A stretch of 64,000 bases of DNA from Camelus dromedarius (taxonomy: Eukaryota). Each line of letters opens with the position of its first letter. Positions within the stretch are counted from its first letter, which is position 1. A program made the translations under genes and the position numbers. A model generated the notes under the pieces. It searched no databases. It saw only the letters and a list, made by a program, of their open reading frames with translations, and was not told the DNA's origin. Of the stretch, positions 10,656-24,599 are shown piece after piece. Location of the stretch: positions 105,650,001-105,714,000 of the forward strand of contig NC_087436.1 of NCBI RefSeq assembly GCF_036321535.1, written 5' to 3'.

Positions 10656-12519
10656 GATTATGTGCCAGACTCTGCACTGAGGATCATGACTATGAAGATG
10701 TAGAAATCATAGCCTAAGTTCAAGTGGCTTGTAATCTATTTGAAGAGATCTATATATGAGTGACCATAGAATCCTCCCCAGTGTCACTGCCATATTTTAC
10801 AAATAACAAAACTGAGACTCCATGGTTAATTGACTTGTCCAGTGTCACCTGTTAGGTGTAGAGGAGGGACTTGAGCCCACATCACTGAGCCATCAAATTG
10901 GTGACCTTCTACCTCACCAGTTCTGAGGCTTCATAGACCATCTCATCACCTTTGCCCTGCTGACCCCTCTTACACACACCCTGCAGCCTCACCATAAGGA
11001 AGAAAAACTCTCCCCACTCAGAAGGCTAGCCTGTCCCCACCCGTTTTCTCCATACCCTCAGAACGACCAAACTAACAGAAAAGATGGTGAGATGCACAAA
11101 CATTGTAACATGTAGAGAACAGAATGTAGGGACAGAAGTGATATAACATTCTCTCTTCCTAGGATTATAGAAAATTGATGCTAGAAGGAACTGTAGAGGA
11201 CAGAGAGGTCCTCTGACTCAGCCTCTATTTTAGAAAAGGAATTAGGAAGTGGACAGGATTCAGAAAGCCTCAAATTTGAAGCCCACAGAACAAAATAGAG
11301 AAGCATCCATGTTTCTCTTTCAGAAAATGAATCCAGTCTGGTTCTGGCCCTTCTTAAGTGATGGTCTCAAATGGAGTGGGTAGCAACTCCCTTCACAGCC
11401 TCCAAACCACCATCACCCACCAAGGCCACCTGGAGAGTGAATCCACAGGGGCAGCAGCATCTGGAAGATGAGAAGGCCTGTGTTATAGCTCTAGTAGTAT
11501 ATTTTGAATCTCATTTCACAGAATTTTGGAGCAATATTATAAAGCAATCAACCTCCTCACAGTTCTTCCGGGCCCAGGGCCCAGCTGTGCAGGACTCCAT
11601 CTTGTCCTCCCTGGAGAAAACAGAAAGAGTTGTGTAGGGTCTTAGGACTTCCTCTGAGGACCAAGACATGGAACTTTTTGAATGTTTCTCCATCTTCTGC
11701 CCATCTTAGTATAAGAAGCTTTTCACACTGGTCTTTCATCACCACACTTTTACATCAGAAGCAGGAGTTTATCTCCTGTTGGCCTATTTCCCTCAAAAAC
11801 CAGGGCAGAAAAGATAGGATCTAACTATTGGCCAAACTACTTTATTTTACTTATGGAGATGTATTCTAATAATCAGAGCATTGCTCTGGTTGGGTATTAT
11901 TGATCAGAATAAAGTTATCTTCTCATTTGTGAGCATGTATTTATTATATAAATACTAATATAGTCTTGAAATTGTTTTTAAGATGTCTTACAAAGAAAGA
12001 ACAGCCATTTGTAAAAGGAAATGCCTGTGCTTAGGCTGAAACCATCCTCTTTTTTGAATTCTAACCCTCAAAGTTACAGCGTCTCCAACAGAAGTTGAAT
12101 ATTTACTATAACAGGAATTGAAAATGCAAACGCCCATGAGAACCAGACAGGTCACATAATGAATAAAGTGGGCCACGTATGTGTTGTCTTTATTTCGTCT
12201 TTAAACTCTCAACTTTCCTATCTACATTTCATCTTCATATTTTAGTGGAGATATTTGCCTGAAGAAATATTTCTGTTCTATGGGAAAGACAACAACAGCT
12301 CATTGAGAAATGGCAACTCAACCCCAGTGCCTTGGAAACAATAGAGAAGAGAGGGGACTAGAGAGAACATGCTGAATCCAGAGGGGGCGGCAGCTGCTCA
12401 GCCAGATGTTGCCACATGAGAAAGCTGCCTATTCTTACCAGATCTTCTATTTCTCAAGAGAGGCCAGAGATTCATATTTTTATATGATATCTCTCATTTT
12501 TGAGGGATAGCTCAGTAGT

Positions 12520-15500
12520 GTTATTTGCTGCTTGTAAGAGATACATATCAAATATAAAGATACAGATAAACTGGCAGTAAAAGGAAAGAAGATTTACCAT
12601 GCAAACCATAACATAAGATGAGCATGATTATAGTAATATCAGACAAAGTAGATGTCAAGACAAAGATGACTGCTATAGATAATCACAACAACTGGACATT
12701 TCACAATGATAAAAGACACATTTACCAGGAAGACAGTAATCTTAAATGTTTATATGCCCAATAACAAAGCATTGGAATATGTTAACAAAAACTTGCCTAA
12801 AGAGAGAAATAAATAAATCCATAATCATTGTTGAACATTTTTAACATACTGTCTTATTGATTGAGAGAAGACATAGACAAAATCATTGTCATATAGGTTA
12901 TTAGAACACTATCAACTAACATGGCTGAAATTATATTTTCCCAACAATTGCAGAATAAATGTTCTTTTCAGGATTACATGAAATATGCACCAAGATACAT
13001 CATATGCAAGTCTATCCTGGTTTCATTAAATTTAAAAAGGTTAAAGCCTTATAGACTATATTCTCTGATTGCAATGAAATAAAAATAGAAGTCCATAACA
13101 ATGAGATATCTAGAAAATCTCCAAATATATGGAAATTAAATAATGCACACTAAATAATCATTGAGTCAAAGAAGAAACCATAAGGGAAGTTAGAAAATAT
13201 TTCTAAGTGAATCATAATGAAAACAACATATCAAAATTTGTGGAATGCAGCCAAAGCAGTTATTAGAGGAAAATATATAAATTTAAATGCCTATATTAGA
13301 AAAATAGAAAGGTTTGAATGTTAAGAAGCTAAAAAAAATCACAGCAATGTAAGTAGAAGGAAAGAAATAATAAATAATATAAATCAATGAAATTGAAAAC
13401 AGATCAACTTTACAGAAAGTTTAAAAAGCCAAAAGTAGATATTTTGCAAAGATTAATAAAATTAATTAAGTCCTAGTAAGACAAATTTTAAAAAAGAAAG
13501 AAATCCAAATTACCAATATAAGAAATGAAAGAGAGCATATCATTTCATATCCTATGATTATAAAAAGGGTAAGTAAATAGTTTGAATAAATTTGTTTATA
13601 AATTCAACAACTGAGAGAAATTGGAAAAATTCTTGAAAAATACAGCTTACCACAAATGACACAAGAAAAAATAGTTTAAATGGCCCTATACATTTTTTTA
13701 AATCTATTTTGTAATTTAAAAAATCCTTCCCACAAAGAAAAGTGTAGGCCCACATGGATTCAGAAAACAGAGGAGAAAATTCTTCTCAATTTATTTTTGA
13801 GACTAGCATAACCCTGAAACCAAAATCCTGATAGACCAATGTCCCTCATGAACATAGAGAAAAATTCCTCAACAAAATATTACCAAAACAAATCCAGAAG
13901 ACATATGATATGGAAGATATATCATGACCAAGTAGAATTTATCTCAGAAATGCAAGAGTCGTTTAACACTTGAAAAGTCATTTATGCAATTCACCACATT
14001 AACAGAGTAAGGGAGAAAAATCACATGATTATCTCCACAGGGGAAGAAAAAGTATCTGACAAAATCCAACCCCTATTCATGATAAGAACTCTTTATCAAA
14101 TGAGGAATAGAGGGCAACCTTCAATAAAGGCTATGAAAAACCTACAGGTAATAGCACAGGTAATAGAGAAATATTGACTGCTTTCCACTTAAGATTAGGA
14201 ACAAAACAAGGATATCTGGTCTTCAGACCTCCATTCAATAAAGTACTGGAAGTCTTTGCCAGTGTAATAAGACAAGAAAAAAGCATGAATATTGAGGAGG
14301 AAATAAATATTATACAAGCATCATGATCAACCTGATAGAAAATTCTAAGAGCTATTTTTTAAAACATTGCTATAAATAGTAAGAGATTTTAACAAGGTCA
14401 CATATGCAAAGTCAGTAAAGATCAATTGGATTTTTACATACTGGCAACAAACCATTGAAAATGAAATAAATACCATTTATAATAGCATCAAAGAAAATAA
14501 AATATTAAGTAATAAATTTATAAAAATATTTTAATACATCAACCCTTAAAATGTACAAAATGTACAAAAATACAAAATACTTCTGAGAGATATTAAAGTA
14601 AATCTAAATATACAGTTACTTCATATTCATGGATACAAAATTCAGTATTGTTAAGATGTCAGTTATTTCAAATTCAATTCAATTCTGGTCATAAGTCCAG
14701 CAGATTTTTTTGCAGAAATTGAAGAGGTGATTCTACTATGTATGTGGAAAAGCAAAGGATCTAGAATAGCTAAAATAATTTGGGGGGAAAAAAGTCAGAG
14801 GACATACTACCTGACTTCAAGACCTATTAGAAAACTCTACTAATCAAGTGTCAGAGATAAATCTTTGTGACCTTCAAGTAGGTAAAGATTGCTTAGTAGA
14901 ACAAAAAAGCATAAATCATAAAAGAAAAAATGGCCAAATTGGATTTCATCACAAGTAAAAATTTTTGCTCTTCAAATACATCTTTGCAAAACTGAAAAGG
15001 CAAACCACCAACCAGAAAAAAATATTACTAATACACATCTGTCAAAGGACTTATATCCAGAATACATAAAGAATTCTTACAATGAAATAATAAGAAAAAA
15101 GATAACCCAATTTTTAAAAATTGATCGAAGAATTTAACCACTGCTTCAATACAAATGGCCAATAAGAATCTTCACTGGTCATCAGGAAAACAAAACTACA
15201 ATTGAACATCACTGTACATCATGTACTTGGCTAAAAATAAAAAGACTGACAATGTAAATGTTGGTGAGGATGTGGAGTAGCTAGAACTCTCAAACATTAT
15301 CGGTGAAAGTGTAAAATGGTACAACCATGTTGGAAAACTCTTTAGAAGTTTCTTATAGGGTTAAATATATATTTAACATGTGATCCAATAATTTCATTAT
15401 AGAGATATTTACTCAAGAGAAATGAAAGTATATGTTCACACAAAGACTTATACAAGAATATACAGAGGAGTTTTATTCTTAATTTTTCCACTGGGATAAA

Positions 15501-15840
15501 CTGCTGGTACATACAATATGGATGGATGTCAACAATATTACCCTGAGAGAAAGAAGCCAGACACAAAATAATATGCATCATATGAGTCTATTCAAATGAA
15601 GTTCTAGGACAGGTTAACTAATCTATTGTCATAGAAATCAGAACAATGGTTTCCTAGAAGGGAGGTGAAGGAGCATTGGGTGTGGGTCTGTGTGAGAGTT
15701 AGCTGCAGAGGGACATAAAACATCTTTCTGGGGAGATGGAAGTGGATATATTGAATGTGGGATGCTTGCATGAGTGTTTATATTTGTCAAAGAACACACA
15801 TTTTATTGCTTATAAATTGTACTTCAATAAATTTGAAAAG
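12520..15840 (+). mobile_element. Ancient LINE-1 (L1M-type), decayed ORF2 through 3' end
   Basis: A-rich L1 ORF2 remnants (atatcagacaaagtagat, catgaccaagtagaatttatctcagaaatgcaag, aaaatccaacccctattcatgataa) and a 3'UTR ending aaattgtacttcaataaa. No intact ORF. Confidence 0.9.
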
Positions 15841-16510
15841 CAAAGGCATTTGTAAACATTAGCAGAATTACCAGGTTGGCAGCTATTGGGCTGACCTCAC
15901 TGCTATGAGAATAATCTCAAGTTCAAATTCTTTCCAGACAAAGTCATCTAAATGGAGTTGGAGTTTATGTTGTTGGTCCTTAAAATTCAGCCTCGGAGAG
16001 TTTGAGATCAAACCTCTAAAGAGTAAGGATTTTAGAGTAAAAAGAGAAGGCTTTCCTATTGATTGCTGAATGGTCATCTTGTTGAGGAACTAATCAATCC
16101 CTGGAAGCAACTGTTAGACATACCTTCCGCCCTGGTCTCTGATGGAGACCTCGAGTGGTGAGTGTTGCTCCCGACCTTGGGTTAACTAAACCAGGCACTG
16201 ACTCAGAGCCTTTATCCACTCCGATCCTTAGGGTTCTCCCATGTGAAAACAGGGACAGTCACCGTGTAAGGATTAAATGAGAAGTGTGTGCAAAAATAAC
16301 CAGCATAGTGCTTAGCATACAGTAACCACTGCACTCTGTCATTTTATCACTTGTTTTTTTGAGGATTACTCATTTTCTAAATCAGGCCAGGGAGCACACA
16401 AAGCTATCATGATCAGTATGGGGAAACTTGTGAATATAAAATGAATTTCTTTATCTCACCGCAGGTAGCCCTTCCTCCTCTTTAAGACTCTATATTGGTA
16501 CCTATGTTTC

Positions 16511-16990
16511 TGTATTAGCTACATCTCCTTCAGTTACAAGTGATAAAAATACAGTTCATGCCAACTTCAGCAAACAGGGAATTTTATGGGCTCATGTAAC
16601 TGAAAAAGCCAGAATCTTATATTCTAGTAGCTCTAATAATTATCACAAGTCGAGTCTCACGGGGGTATTTGGATCCTGTTCCCGTATCTGAACCAGGCAA
16701 TGCATCAATGAGGATGGAATACTATACTGTGTCTTAGTTCCACCCCCTATAGCCAGGAGCGGGGTCAGCACCACCAGAACCGTATGAGGGAGAGAGAGGA
16801 AGACATAGTTCCCCAAAGGAAAACACAGGTGCTGCTCTGGTTTGTCAGAATTCTTACATCTAGAAGGTGATTCCTGGACCTGCGAATTTTTCTCCCCGAT
16901 GTATGCCACACTGAGTACCACAGTGGGCTATGCACAAGCAGATTAGTGTTCTGGGGGAAATGAACTCCTGTGAAGCTGCCTACACACCAC
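16511..16990 (-). mobile_element. Old MaLR (MLT1) LTR remnant
   Basis: tgtattagc...ttcagttacaagtgataaaaa...gggaattttatgggctcatgtaactgaaaa. Confidence 0.5.
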
Positions 16991-17934
16991 ACGATCCTGT
17001 CACTCAGTTTTCACATCTATTCCTGGTGAGGCGCTGGTTCTTAAAATTCCTAAGAACATGAACACCACACTGAAAAAAAAAGATTATTTCTAATAAACAT
17101 CCATGACTTTGTCTTGTTATTGAACAGACTTTGGAATCTCTTTCTTTTCATTTAAACAGAGTTTGGGTTCACTTCAGCACCACCAGTGAAGGTGGCTTAG
17201 ATGGGAGGAAGAAAAGGAGGGGATTATTTTTCTTCAAATATTCCAGTTTTACAAGAGGGCTATTTGGTCCCTTGGGATACTTTCATTACTTCCTGTTATG
17301 AGGCTAGTCAAATGGGATGAATGAATCAGCCCATTCAGTTGGAAGCCATAAATGTTAACTGAATGGACAAGAAAACAAGCCCTCTTTTTTTCAAATGGCA
17401 ACAGAAAGTGTTCAAACCAGTGTTGGCACTGGGCTGGTAGAATCATCATCATTTCATACTTCGGGGCTTTCCACATTTTGCAAAGTGCTTATGTAACATG
17501 TGTGTTGTGGACACTTTGGGTTTGCTGTGATTATCAATCCCTGCTTTTCCTTTCTGACAGGCATACATTTTGTTCAAGGATCCAACTCTACCCAACAGGA
17601 TTCAGCGGGTCACCTAGGAAAGTTTCTGATTAATCTAGTTCAACTAGCATGTGAGGTGCTCCAGGGATGGCCAAGCAGAGAGGCGGAATTATCTGGACCC
17701 TGATGGTTCTGCTTCTGCATCATTTTTACCTCTGGACTTCCCACTCTGTGATTTGTTATATAAGTTAGTGCAAGCCAGGGGTTTCTTTTATTTGTAGCTG
17801 AAACTAATACAATGTACCATACCCTGTAAGGAATTCACCTTTATTCAGGCAATGTTCAATTAAGAATGCTTTCCCCCTTACCTACTATGGGCACTAGAAC
17901 CCGGACTACAGTTTTCAATCAGATCAACCCAAGA

Positions 17935-18345
17935 GGAACTGCCAGGAATGCTTTTGGCTGAAAATATGATTTTCAAATTGCTTAAACGTCTAGCTATTAG
18001 TCTCATGGAACAGCAAGTTCACAGCTCTTTTATACCATTGGGGTTTAGGGCATTTGCATCTTTCCTATCCACCGTCATCAGTGTATAGACCTCTGACTTC
18101 ACGCGTGTTGCCTCATTGCTGCAAGTTGGCTTTTATACTTCCAGATGTGCTTCTCACTCGGGACAGCGGGGGCAGTAGCAGCACCCTATATCCCAGATGC
18201 TGTCCATTTATGTCTCATGGCAGAAATGTATCGCAGGGCATCCCTAGATTCATGGGAATCTGACGAGCAAGTGTTCTTAGTCTCACAGCTACCCTAACAA
18301 AATGGAGTTTTCCTTATTAAGAAGGAAAAAATGTTTATTAGGTAG
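17935..18345 (-). mobile_element. Old MaLR (MLT1) LTR remnant
   Basis: aggaatgcttttggctg...aattgcttaaac...tctcatgg...gcctcattgctgcaagttggct...ttatgtctcatggcagaa. Confidence 0.45.
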
Positions 18346-18924
18346 GTGTCCCACTTCTAGTTCAGATATTTTTCTTTAGTTCTTTAAGGAACTAAGGAAA
18401 TTCTTTAATTTGGGATTTTATAAAGATAGCAAGATTAAATGAGAAGGACCAAGCTCATCCCATGGAATTAACTGCTTACAGTTAGCTTAAGCATGAATAA
18501 AGAAGCGCCAGACTAGAAACACAACAACAAAGTCTTGCATACTCCTTACCTGGAGGGAGTGATATAAGCCTCAACCAGTTGCAGCTGAAGGAAAGGTTGC
18601 ACCTCAATCATCATCCTGGTTCTGCACCATTCACAGACAGCGTCAAATGGTTGTTTCCCTTTAGCAGAGCTGGTGGGCAAATTGTACTCTGTGCCCATCA
18701 AGGACATCCAATGATCCATCCATTTTTTCATTCAATGTAAGTTTTCTAAAGTCAGTCAAAGAAGTCTTGTCAACAATACTTCTGAAACTTTAGCTTTCCT
18801 AATGTTAAGGCTACTGCACAGGTCTGTGTAAATGCTCCTTTGATGTGTTCTCAAAATTCTTTGTTTTGCTTTCTTTCTATCAAAGCCTTGTGGTTATTTT
18901 CTGCCAATCTACCTCTCTGTGTTC

Positions 18925-21259
18925 TTTTTTTTTTTTCCTTTTTTTCTTTAAGTATAGTTGATTTACAGTGCTGTGTTAGTTTCTGGTGTACAGCATAGTG
19001 ATTCAGTTATACATATATATTCTTTTCCATTATAGGCTATTACAAGATATTGAATATAGTTCCCTTTCAGATATTTGTCTTTTGTTCTTTTTCTATTTTA
19101 TATGTAGTGGTTTGTATTTGCTAATCCCAAACTCCTAATTTATCCCTCCCCACCACCTTTCCCCTTTGGTAACCATAAGTTCGTTTTCTATGCCTGTGAG
19201 TTTATTTCTGTTTTGTAAATAAATTCATTTGTATCATTTTTTAGATTCCACATATAAGTGATATCATGTAATATTTGTCTTTCCCTGTCTGACTTACTTC
19301 AGTTAATATGATAATCTCTATGTTCCTCCATGTTGCTGCAAGTGGCATTATTTCATTCTTTTTTATGGTGAGTAGTATTCATTTTATACACACACACACA
19401 CACACACACACACCACTTCTTCTTTATCTCATCTGTCAATGAACATTTATGTTGCTTCCATGTCTTGGTTATTGTAAATAGTGCTGCTATGAACATTGAG
19501 GTCCATGTATCTTCTTGGATTAGAGTTTTCTCCAGATACATGCCCAGGATTAGGACTGCTGGATCATATGGTGACTTTATTTTTAGTTTTTTTAAAGAAT
19601 CTTCATACTGTTTTTCATAGTGGATGCACCAATTTACATTCCCACCAACAGTGTAGGAGGGTTCCTTTTCCTCCACACCCTTTCCAGCATTTACTTTTTG
19701 TGGACTTTTAAACAATGGCCATTCTCACTGGTGTGCAGTGATACCTCATTGTAGTTTTGGTTTGCATTTCTCTGATAATTTGCGATATTGAGCATCTTTT
19801 CATATGCCTGTTGGCCATTTGTATGTCTTCACTGGAGAAATGTCTGTTTAGGTCTTCTGCCCATTCTTTGATTGGGTTGTTTTTTTTTTTGATATTGAGT
19901 TGTATGAACTATTGTATATTTTGGAAATTAAGCCTTTATCAGTAGCGTTGTTTCCAAACATTTTCTCCCAGGCCATAGGTTGTCTTTTCATTTTGTTTAT
20001 GGTTTCCTTTGCTGTGCAAAAGTTTATGTTTGATAGGGTCTCATTTGCTTATTTTTGCTTTTATATATGTTGCCTTCAGAGACTGACCTAGGACATTGCT
20101 ATGATTTATGTCAGAGAATGTTTTGCCTATTTTCTCTTCTAGGAGATTTATGGTGTCCTGTCTCATATTTAAGCCTTTAAGCCATTTTGAGTTTATTTTT
20201 GTGTGTGGTGTGAGAGTGTTCGGACTTCATTGATATTCATGCGGCTGTCCAGCTTTCCCAAAACACTACTTGCCAAAGAGACTGTCTTTTCTCCATTGTA
20301 TATTCTTGCCTCCTTTGTGAAAGATTCATTTACCATAGGTGTATGGGTTTATTTCTGGGCTCTCTATTCTGTTCCATTGATCCATATGTCTGTTTTTGTG
20401 CCGGTACCATGCTGTTTTGAGTACTGTAGCTTTATAGTATTGCCTGAAGTCTGGGAGTGTTATTCCTCCAGCTTTGTTCTTTTTCCTCAGTACTGCTTTC
20501 GAAATTCTGGGTCTTTTGTGATTCCATATAAACTGTAGAATTATCTGCTCTAGTTCTGTGAAAAATGTCATAGGTAGTTTTATAGGTAAACTGTAGATTG
20601 CTTTGGGTAGTACAGCCATTTTAACAATATTAATTCTTCCAATCCAAGAACATGGAATATCTTCCCATTTCTTTAAATCATCTTCAGTTTCCTTTATCAG
20701 TGTTTTATAGTTCTCGGCTCATACACCATAATCAAGTTGGATTCATCCCAGGGTCACAAGGACGGTTCAACATATGCAAATCTGTCAACATGATGCACCA
20801 CATTAACAACAGAAAGGGCAAAAATCACATGATCATCTCAATAGATGTAGAAAAAACATTTGATAAAATCAGTACCCATTCTTGATAAAAATTCTTACCA
20901 AAGTGGTTGTAGAGGGAACATATTTCAACATAACAAAAGCTATTTATGACAAACCCACAGCCAACATAATGCTCAACAGTGAAAAGTTGGAAGCCTTCCC
21001 ACTAAAATCTGGAACAAGACAAGGATGCCCACTCTTATCATTTCTATTCAACATAGTATTGGAAGTCTTAGCCATGGCAATAAGGTAAGAAAAAGAAATA
21101 AAAGGGATCCAAATTGGAAAGGAAGAGGTAAAATTGTCACTATATGCAGATGACATGTTACTATATATAGAAAACCCTAAATACTCCACACATAAACTAC
21201 TAGAACAGAGAAACAAATTCAGCAAGGTACCAGGATGCAAGATTAATATACAGAAATCT
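18925..21259 (-). mobile_element. Younger LINE-1 with 5' inversion: 3' end/poly(A) on minus strand (18925-20718) joined to an inverted RT-region segment (20720-21259, plus strand)
   Basis: Poly-T at 18925-18948 and minus-strand ORF2 C-terminal peptides (MAVLPKAIY..., [13 protein letters not shown]). Plus-strand peptides [20 protein letters not shown] and LYADDM. Imperfect TSD ctctctgt(gt)tct. Confidence 0.92.
19388..19413. repeat. (CA)n microsatellite within L1
   Basis: acacacacacacacacacacacac. Confidence 0.9.
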
Positions 21260-24200
21260 CTCTGTTCTGAGCACAAGCTCCAATCTTCACTGGGGGAATA
21301 GGAGCAGTTTTGTTGTCTGCCCTGACTTTTGACAGGAAAAGAAAAGCTTTCGGTTTGAGGATTACTTGAAAAATCCCTTTAGAGAGCCATCACTGACTCT
21401 CTAAAATTTAGGGGGCTGTCCAGTGCAGTGGAATTAAGCAATAACTCTCACCCCTCTCCCCAACCAGCACTATCAGCCCTTAAACTCAGGGATTTTGCTA
21501 TTTAACCCCACAGGGGTAGTAGTGTTTCTATTTTCACACAGAGAGAAAACAAGAGCAAGAGAAGTTAAGGAACAACTTAGCATTATCTTTCTTAGCTTAG
21601 AAAAAGAAGTCTGTTGTCCCATCTCCCAAAATCCCAGTGAATACAATTATTTTGCCAAGAAATGTGGAGAGACCCTCTTCCATGGACATGTGTGAACCCA
21701 CGTAGATGATTTTCCCAAATCATCTACATGATTGTCAGGAGCTATTTTGGAAATGCTCAGAGAGGTGGTCAAGAGTGGGTGAACAAGGACATCATCACAG
21801 GGGAGGGGCAGAGAGAGATTTGGTTATTTATTGCCTTGCAGCATTCACCCCAGACAACCATTTTTATCACGTCTCATAGGTGGTTTTGATAGTGCGCTGG
21901 CTGCGGATTGGCTCCTGGCAGTTCCGCTACAGCAGACCTACAAGTGCAAGTTCTGCTTGGGTTCTTTCTTGCACTTACAGTCAGTGGGCAACTGGGGCTG
22001 CCACTGGGCTGGATATCCAAGCCTTAGGTGTTCCTCCATGTGGCTGCCCTTCGTGTGATGACTCAGCCTCCAGGGCCTCTCTGTGTGGCCTTGTTTTACT
22101 ATAGGGGTACTTGGACTTCTTACTTGGTAGCTCAAGGCATGGCGAAAGGTTCAGGCCTTCCTAACGCCTGGGCCCAGAGTCCTGCAACATTACTTCCTCC
22201 ACCATCATAGGCCAGATTAGGTGGAAGTGAATATATAATGTTTAGGAGTCTTAATGCTTAGAGAGTCACAGGGAAGAGAGACACCAAACAAAACTGGCCT
22301 ATTTTACAGCTTGACTGGTAGCCAGCACCAGTGCCCCCCAGGAAATTCATTTAGGAGACAATCCTGCCTTAGGGGACCTGGGTTGTGAAATAGAGTTATG
22401 TAAGATTTTGGAGTCAGGCTCAGAGTCTGAGAGGCTCATAATAATACACTCATTTCCATTCTGTAATTCCACATATGTTTTTAATAATCCCTTCCTCGGG
22501 ATGAAGATAAATCTTGCTTTAAAGCATTTGAAGAAAATGCCAAGAAATGGCCTCATTCTGCTGTGGCCAAGGCAGCCTTCATCACCACCTGTAAGAGTAC
22601 CTTATTTAAGCAAAATGTGTTGATTATTTTTAGCATAACTTAAGCCCTGGGAGACTAATGAGGTGTTAACAGTGTGTGTTAATTATGTGATTTTTGTTGT
22701 CTTCATTAACGTTAAGATTCTCAATCCTATTTGCCACCTGAAATCCCAGAGGAACCACATTCCTTTTCTGACCCTGGCATCTTTTCGTTTCCCGCAGTTT
22801 GCACAATCACATAAACATATTTTGTTTCCCTTGCGGAGAATCAGGTGAGCACGGCTCACGCATGCAGAAGACCTTGGATCCCCCTTCTTAATTCTTATCC
22901 ACTTTTAATCCCCATTGTTAGCAGGTGGCTCTTACAGTAAACTCATGGTGCGGGAAGCTAACGACATTAGCTCATTTTTTTATTATTTAGCGCTGACTGT
23001 CCTTCAACTCAACAGAAAACTGCCAGAGAAGCTGAAAATCAGGAAGAAAGAGAAGCACAAAAATCAGCTTTCATTGCTTTTTGCAGTATTTTAATTAACC
23101 AAGGAATTGTGCTGCATACACACGACTCTGATTATTTTCAAACTTTTGCAATACATGCTCTACCTCCATCCCAAGTGACAATACATCCCATCCAGAAAGA
23201 CCTTTTCTCAGGAAGAGGTAATCACCTATCCCAGACTCAACTGGAGCAGCAATCAACATCCCTTCATGACTTTGTCTGCATTGCTGGTGTTCTGGAGGGA
23301 CTTTATTTGGCAATGGTGTTAGGGACCTTCTGCACGTCCAGGAGGTAATGGATTTAGTATTTCAACTGAGGATGTCTTAATGATGGCCTCATCAGGGTGT
23401 ATGAAGTTGTAATGAAGATAGCAGGTGAATCTGGCTGGCAAATAGCACATTATGAGTCTTCCTAGTAATTAGAATTGTCTAAAAATGGAAAGGGGTGTCA
23501 CATGAGGTGGTGAGCTCCCCATTAGAGAATCAGGGATGTTGAAGTAAGGGATCGTTGTCAGGGGCGGTTAGACTGGATTTTGTTTGGGGCCTCCTCTAAC
23601 TTTCATCTAGATCCTGTGATTGTTCTAAGTCCACCTGGAGCAGTAGCCTTGACTTTGGAAGTTTACAAGTTAAGTTCCATGATGGAATGCGATAGGGTAG
23701 AAAGTCAGGCAGTCTTGGGTTCCAACTTCTGCTCTCTTACTAGTGCTGTGTGATTGTGAGCAAGTTACTTAAACTCTCTGTGCTTTGTAAAGTGAGGATT
23801 GAAATCTATTGTTTCTAGGGCTGTTATAAGAGTTAGAAATAAAATTTAAAATACAAGGCCCAAGGTAAGCACTCAATGAATCACAGCTCTAGTCACCCTT
23901 AGGAGTCTAATTCTTTACTTTTTTATTCATTCTCTACTTCAATGATACAGTCTTGACTTATAAAAATGGAGGAAATGGAGGGCTCGGAAAGATACTGGAG
24001 AAAGATTGAGCTTGTAGCTGGGCTAGTCGAACAATGAAGGCTGAGCGAATCTTCATGAAAAGTCACTGGGTAGAGTCCCTTGAGCAGGCAGAAACCTGCA
24101 GCACTGCCCCCTTCCTGGGAAAGGACACTAGCATTGCTGCGTGCTTGCAGGGTACCGGGAACATCCTTATATTACCTTAATACTCTATAACATTGCCACA

Positions 24201-24599
24201 CAAACTCTGAGAAGTAGGTCTGATCATCCCCATTTTATGGAGAGAAAACTGAGTCTCAGAGAGGTCACACACCTAACCCAAGGACATGTGGCCATTCCCC
24301 AGATCTGCCTCACCCACTCTACCACCAAGTCTCCTGAGCACTCTGCTGCATCTTCCATTCACAAGGCAGAGCCAATCCAGATGCCCAGTTGCCTTCCAAA
24401 ATGATGCTCTCCCTGATGGGATATGATGAATTTAGCCCAACCAATGGGAGCCTCTAGAAAACAAGTATTTGGAGAACTGAGCTAGAATCTTTGTTTGTAG
24501 ACTTTGAATTAATTGTGACCTGCCACTAACTCATTCTTTACCTATTTATCTTGGACTTTGTAGAGAGGACACATACATCTTTAAACCTTCATATCTCTT

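Noticed and set aside
18376..18395. 20-bp quasi-palindrome ttagttctttaaggaactaa
   Set aside because: Short, AT-rich and mismatched; plausible by chance.
19353..21276. Short ORFs with reverse-transcriptase/L1 ORF2 peptides
   Set aside because: Frameshifted and stop-interrupted pieces of a dead L1; not functional genes.
12375..24120. CTCF-like cores (ccagagggggcggc at ~12378; ctgcccccttcctgg at ~24104)
   Set aside because: Only the 3' half of the motif matches; insufficient without a PWM scan or ChIP data.
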